Assembly (NCBI GenBank): GCA_963771995.1
Contig: CAVYVR010000006.1
Location: 570,344-602,343, forward strand
DNA from: an uncultured Methanobacteriaceae archaeon
Lineage (GTDB): Archaea > Methanobacteriota > Methanobacteria > Methanobacteriales > Methanobacteriaceae
Length of the DNA stretch: 32,000 bases
Reading direction: 5' to 3'
A model generated the notes under the pieces. It was not told where the DNA came from, did not search any database, and saw nothing but the letters and a program-made list of their open reading frames with translations. This document shows positions 28,201 to 32,000 of this stretch, piece after piece (the first letter of the stretch is position 1; the number at the start of each line of letters is the position of its first letter). A program made the translations under genes and the position numbers.

Positions 28201-28483
28201 TATTGAAAAATATGTTGCCTTAAATACCATCAGAAAAGTTAGTCAGGGATCACCAAATATTCGTGATGCAGTCGTTAATGGGAAAATAGACTTGATAATC
28301 AACACGCCATCAGGAAAACAGTCCGCAGACGACGGTTTTTATATAAGAAGAATGGCTGTAGAATTAGGAATACCCTACGTCACAACACTAGCAGGTGCCC
28401 GTGCAGTACTAAACGCGATTGAACATGTTAAAGAGGGAGACATAAGTGTTAAATCACTTAACGAATATCATGACTTACTTTAA
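25292..28483 (+). CDS. carB: Carbamoyl-phosphate synthase large subunit (two ATP-grasp halves plus an MGS-like allosteric domain)
   Basis: [23 protein letters not shown] and its internal repeat [21 protein letters not shown] are both present. [23 protein letters not shown] and [23 protein letters not shown] follow. The product is 1063 aa. Confidence 0.97.
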   Translation: [1063 protein letters not shown]

Positions 28484-28660
28484 TTATTTTTTCATTAGTA
28501 TTTGATAATTACTTTGGAATAAAATATTAAATCTTTTAACCAGATTTTTCAACATAAATTTTTCTGATCAAAGATTTTAATAAATCCATATTTTTTTTGT
28601 TATTTAACTCTTAAAAAATACTATAACTAATAAATACTACAATTAAAATACTTTAAACTA

Positions 28661-29815
28661 ATGCTCACAATCAAGAATGCCCGTGTACTATACGGGGAAA
28701 ATATGGAAGTTCGAAGAACCAATATAGTTATTGAAGACCGAGAAATAACAGAAATATCAGATAGGGTCAAGAAAGGGAAATTAATAGATGGAAATGGTTG
28801 TATTGCCGCCCCCTCGCTAATAAATTCCCATGTTCACATAGGAGATTCAGTTGCAAAGGATATGGGTGATGGAAAACCTATAGACAAGATAGTGAAACCT
28901 CCTAATGGAATTAAACATCGTATATTATCTGAAACATCTCCATCGGATATGGTTAAAGCTATTAAAAGTTCATTACATGATATGTTAAAAACTGGGACAA
29001 CCACCTTTGTAGATTTCCGCGAAGGAGGTCTTAGAGGTATTGATATTCTTAATAAGGCATCAAATGATATTCCAATAAAAAAGATTGTACTTGGCAGGCA
29101 TGAGTCCTTCTTCAACCAGGATAAGAAATTATCAGAACAAGAAAATGCAGCAGAAAAGATCTTAATGTCATGTGATGGCATTGGTTTAAGTGGATTTGGT
29201 GAAATTGAAGATAATTTAGCCGCAATCATCACCCAAACGTGCAGAAAACATAAAAAGTTATCTGCTATTCATGTTGCAGAATATGAGCAACTTCAGAGAA
29301 CTTCCATTAAATTAACTGGCAAAACCGAAGTTGAAAGAGCATTGAAGGCTGGTTTCAATCTTTTAATACATGTCACAGCACCGTTAAAAGATGATCTGAG
29401 ACTTATTGGGGAAATAGGCACTCCAGTTGTTGCTTGTCCCAGGTCCAATGGTTCATTAGGTGTTGGAATTCCCCCGTTAAAGGATATGTTGGATAGAGGC
29501 ATAAATGTAATTCTTGGAACCGACAATGTGATGTTCAACTCTCCCAACATGTTCAGGGAGATGGAGTACACTCTTAAGGTAACAAGGGGATTCTATAAAA
29601 CATACATTCCCCCTAAGGAAGTTTTTAAAATGGCCACAATTAATCCTGCTATGGCGCTGGGGCTGAATGTAGGTTCAATTGAAGAGGGGAAGATAGCAGA
29701 TATTATGCTTGTTAAAGGAATGTCTGGAGATCCAATTCTTTCACTAATTAATAGAACTGAATCGCAAAACATAAAGGCTTTAATTAAAGAGGGTAATACT
29801 GTATTTGAAAGATAA
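28661..29815 (+). CDS. Metal-dependent amidohydrolase-superfamily protein (chlorohydrolase/deaminase-like); substrate unknown
   Basis: [14 protein letters not shown] is the HxH metal motif. ...AIHVAE..., ...LIHV... and ...LGTDN... follow. The N-terminal beta-sandwich start is [12 protein letters not shown]...IVIEDREI. Confidence 0.8.
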   Translation: MLTIKNARVLYGENMEVRRTNIVIEDREITEISDRVKKGKLIDGNGCIAAPSLINSHVHIGDSVAKDMGDGKPIDKIVKPPNGIKHRILSETSPSDMVKAIKSSLHDMLKTGTTTFVDFREGGLRGIDILNKASNDIPIKKIVLGRHESFFNQDKKLSEQENAAEKILMSCDGIGLSGFGEIEDNLAAIITQTCRKHKKLSAIHVAEYEQLQRTSIKLTGKTEVERALKAGFNLLIHVTAPLKDDLRLIGEIGTPVVACPRSNGSLGVGIPPLKDMLDRGINVILGTDNVMFNSPNMFREMEYTLKVTRGFYKTYIPPKEVFKMATINPAMALGLNVGSIEEGKIADIMLVKGMSGDPILSLINRTESQNIKALIKEGNTVFER

Positions 29816-29935
29816 TTTTGCTATAATATTATATTTTTTGACAACATTAAATTATGTGAATAATAAATTTATTAGGTTGAATGAATTGATAAATAAGTTA
29901 ACAATTTGATAAAAAAGAATTATAACGATGATAAC

Positions 29936-31216
29936 ATGTTAGATATTAAACTCTTCAGGCAAAAGCCGGATTTAATCCGTGAATCAGAAAAAAAACGTTT
30001 TAGAAGTACGGATAACGTTGAAAAAGTCATTGAATACGACATTAAATGGAGAAACGGGCTTAAAAAATTGAATGAACTGCGTGCTGAAAGAAACAAACTT
30101 TCAAAGTCATTTAACGAAGCACGAAAGCAGGGCAAAGAGGAGTTAAAGAATCTCCAACTCAAAGCAAAGGACATATCAGTTGAAATTACTAGATTAGAAC
30201 CTAGAATAGGTGAATTTATCGAAAAACGGGACGAATACCGCTACAAAGTTGGAAATATCATCGATGACGATGTTCCGGTATCTGATAATGAAGAGGATAA
30301 TCTATTAATTTCACAGGAAGGTGAAATTCCCTCTTTTAACTTTGAACCATCAAATCATGTGGATCTGATCGAAGGCATTGACGGGGCAGAGTTCAAACGT
30401 GCATCAGAAATTGCAGGTTCCAGATTTTATTATTTAAAAGCAGATATGGTCTACCTTAATATGGCTCTTTTGAAGTTTGCTATCGACTTACTATCCGAAA
30501 AGGGTTTCATCCCATTTCAAACACCATTTTTCATTAAACACGATGTTATTAAAGAAACAGCAGAGCTTGCTGATTTCGAGGAAACTTTGTATAAAATTGA
30601 GAACGAAGATCTTTATATGATTGCAACTTCAGAACAAACTCTTGCCGCACTCCATAGGGGAGAAATAATAGACGAAAAAACTTTACCACGAAAATATTGT
30701 GGTATTTCATCTTGTTTCAGAAGAGAAGCTGGATCACATGGCCGAGATACTCTAGGAATATTTAGAGTTCATCAGTTCGAAAAGATAGAACAATTCGTAT
30801 TCTGTAGTGAGGAATCAGCACAGGATATCCACCGTGAACTGTTGGAAAATGCTGAAATTATTTACAAAAAACTTGGACTTCCCTACAGGATTGTTTCAAT
30901 AGTTTCTTCAGAATTAAACGACAATGCCGCAAAAAAATATGATTTAGAGGGTTGGTTCCCAGGTTCGGATGCCTACAGAGAACTTGTGTCATGTACCAAC
31001 TGTAAAGACTATCAAGCACGTAAATTAAATGTCCGTTATGGAATTCACGGAGATTCTGATTCTTTAAAAATGTGTAATACATTAAACAGTACAGCCATTG
31101 CAACAGAAAGGACAATATGTTGTATTTTAGAAAATTATCAACAAGAAGATGGTACAATACTTGTCCCTGAAGTATTAATTCCATACATGAATGGAAAGAC
31201 AGTTATTGGAGATTAA
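29936..31216 (+). CDS. serS: Seryl-tRNA synthetase, canonical (bacterial-like) type
   Basis: MLDIKLFRQKPDLIRE begins the N-terminal coiled-coil arm. Motif 2 is CFRREAGSHGRDTLGIFRVHQFEKIEQF. Motif 3 is NSTAIATERTICCILENYQQEDG. ATG 29936 is preferred over the track's TTG 29906. Confidence 0.92.
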   Translation: MLDIKLFRQKPDLIRESEKKRFRSTDNVEKVIEYDIKWRNGLKKLNELRAERNKLSKSFNEARKQGKEELKNLQLKAKDISVEITRLEPRIGEFIEKRDEYRYKVGNIIDDDVPVSDNEEDNLLISQEGEIPSFNFEPSNHVDLIEGIDGAEFKRASEIAGSRFYYLKADMVYLNMALLKFAIDLLSEKGFIPFQTPFFIKHDVIKETAELADFEETLYKIENEDLYMIATSEQTLAALHRGEIIDEKTLPRKYCGISSCFRREAGSHGRDTLGIFRVHQFEKIEQFVFCSEESAQDIHRELLENAEIIYKKLGLPYRIVSIVSSELNDNAAKKYDLEGWFPGSDAYRELVSCTNCKDYQARKLNVRYGIHGDSDSLKMCNTLNSTAIATERTICCILENYQQEDGTILVPEVLIPYMNGKTVIGD

Positions 31217-31426
31217 ATCTGCTACAGAATGATTAACACCATCAAATAATATATTTTTCACTTCTTCTTTTTTTCATCACAAAAAATATTATACACCTTT
31301 GAGAGATATTGTATTAACAATCTATTCCTAATCTTTACATTACTATTCAATAATAAAAAAATAATATTTTGGGAGGGCTTAAAGATCTTAGATTCAAAAA
31401 TTTTAATTGTCGAAGATGAGATCATT

Positions 31427-31834
31427 GTGGCTGCAGATTTAAAGATCAGATTGGAAAGTTTGGGATATTCTATAGTTGGTATTGCAGTTACTGGTAAAGA
31501 TGCCATTAAAAAAACCCAAGAAACAAAACCCGATATGGTCTTGATGGATATAATTCTAAAAGGGGATATGGATGGGATAGATGCAGCCCAAATAATTCGT
31601 GACCGTTTTGATATTCCATTCATATATTTAACAGCGTACTTTGACAATGCAATATTGGAAAGAGCTAAGATTACTCAACCATTTGGTTACATATTAAAAC
31701 CATTCGAGGACAACGGGATACAAAGCACCATAGAAATAGCTGTTTATAAGTACCAAATGGAACAAAAGCTAAAAAATAGTGCAAGGATAATGGAATTCTC
31801 AATTGAAATGCTTCAAGAAATGAACAATCCCTAA
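31427..31834 (+). CDS. Stand-alone response regulator receiver (CheY-like) protein; the coordinates use the first canonical start (GTG), and the coding frame almost certainly begins upstream
   Basis: PDMVLMDIILKGDMDGIDAA holds the phospho-acceptor Asp. IPFIYLTAY holds the Thr and ILKPF the Lys. The same frame upstream encodes KILIVEDEIIV, which is beta-1 plus the acidic pair, preceded by GGGAGGG at 31371-31377. Confidence 0.85.
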   Translation: MAADLKIRLESLGYSIVGIAVTGKDAIKKTQETKPDMVLMDIILKGDMDGIDAAQIIRDRFDIPFIYLTAYFDNAILERAKITQPFGYILKPFEDNGIQSTIEIAVYKYQMEQKLKNSARIMEFSIEMLQEMNNP

Positions 31835-31888
31835 AGATACCAAAACCGATTTTCTATTATTTAAAATTTATATAAAATTAAACTCAAA

Positions 31889-31898
31889 TTTTTTTTTT
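31889..31898 (+). terminator. T10 tract about 55 nt after the response-regulator stop
   Basis: CTCAAATTTTTTTTTTGAG was read directly, and the flanks CTCAAA/TTTGAG are complementary. An oligo-T run is the usual archaeal termination signal. Confidence 0.4.
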
Positions 31899-32000
31899 GA
31901 GAGTTAATATTTTAAAAGCTACCATAAATTGATCCGATATGTATTCTAAAAATAAATATGATTGTACTCGTAACAAACTGAATATTTTACAAAGGGATCG

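Noticed and set aside
31258-31647. 129-aa reverse-strand ORF overlapping the response regulator
   Set aside because: The + strand frame encodes a complete receiver domain (D, T and K signature residues). The reverse ORF is featureless and runs through the AT-rich promoter region.

Overview
No database search was run; every homology call below rests on motifs read by eye. The window is a visibly AT-rich archaeal chromosome segment. It is most consistent with a pseudomurein-containing methanogen of the Methanobacteriales (Methanobacterium-like). Archaeal markers are the proteasome-activating nucleotidase PAN, an archaeal MBF1, a membrane LonB protease and a C/D box sRNA. Methanogen-style content includes NikR, a hydrogenase maturation protease and cobamide genes (cobQ, cbiJ). 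I support about 28 protein-coding genes, two tandem tRNA-Gly genes and one unlisted C/D box sRNA. Housekeeping genes include trkA, a CBS-domain protein, rimI, carA/carB, serS, a P-type ATPase, an amidohydrolase and a stand-alone response regulator. The centrepiece is 7565-16535, a same-strand block that resembles a bacterial dcw cluster. It holds a CarB-like ATP-grasp enzyme, an MraY-like GT4 transferase and three Mur-ligase paralogues (MurE/F-like, MurD-like, MurC-like). Two exported proteins of unknown function follow. The ligase/MraY part matches what comparative genomics has already proposed for pseudomurein precursor synthesis. The two downstream exported genes are the best candidates here for an undescribed extracellular pseudomurein assembly or cross-linking module. 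One is a bitopic protein with a POTRA/FtsQ-like pattern. The other is a 420-aa protein with a signal peptide and a C-terminal anchor. The MurC-like ligase also carries a Cys4 ribbon insertion like that of bacterial MurT. Four ORF-integrity anomalies need read-level checking: a lon frameshift in an A/T run, a split ATP-grasp gene, and two genes whose conserved N-termini lie upstream of any canonical start. No CRISPR array, transposase, integrase or recognisable defence system was seen.
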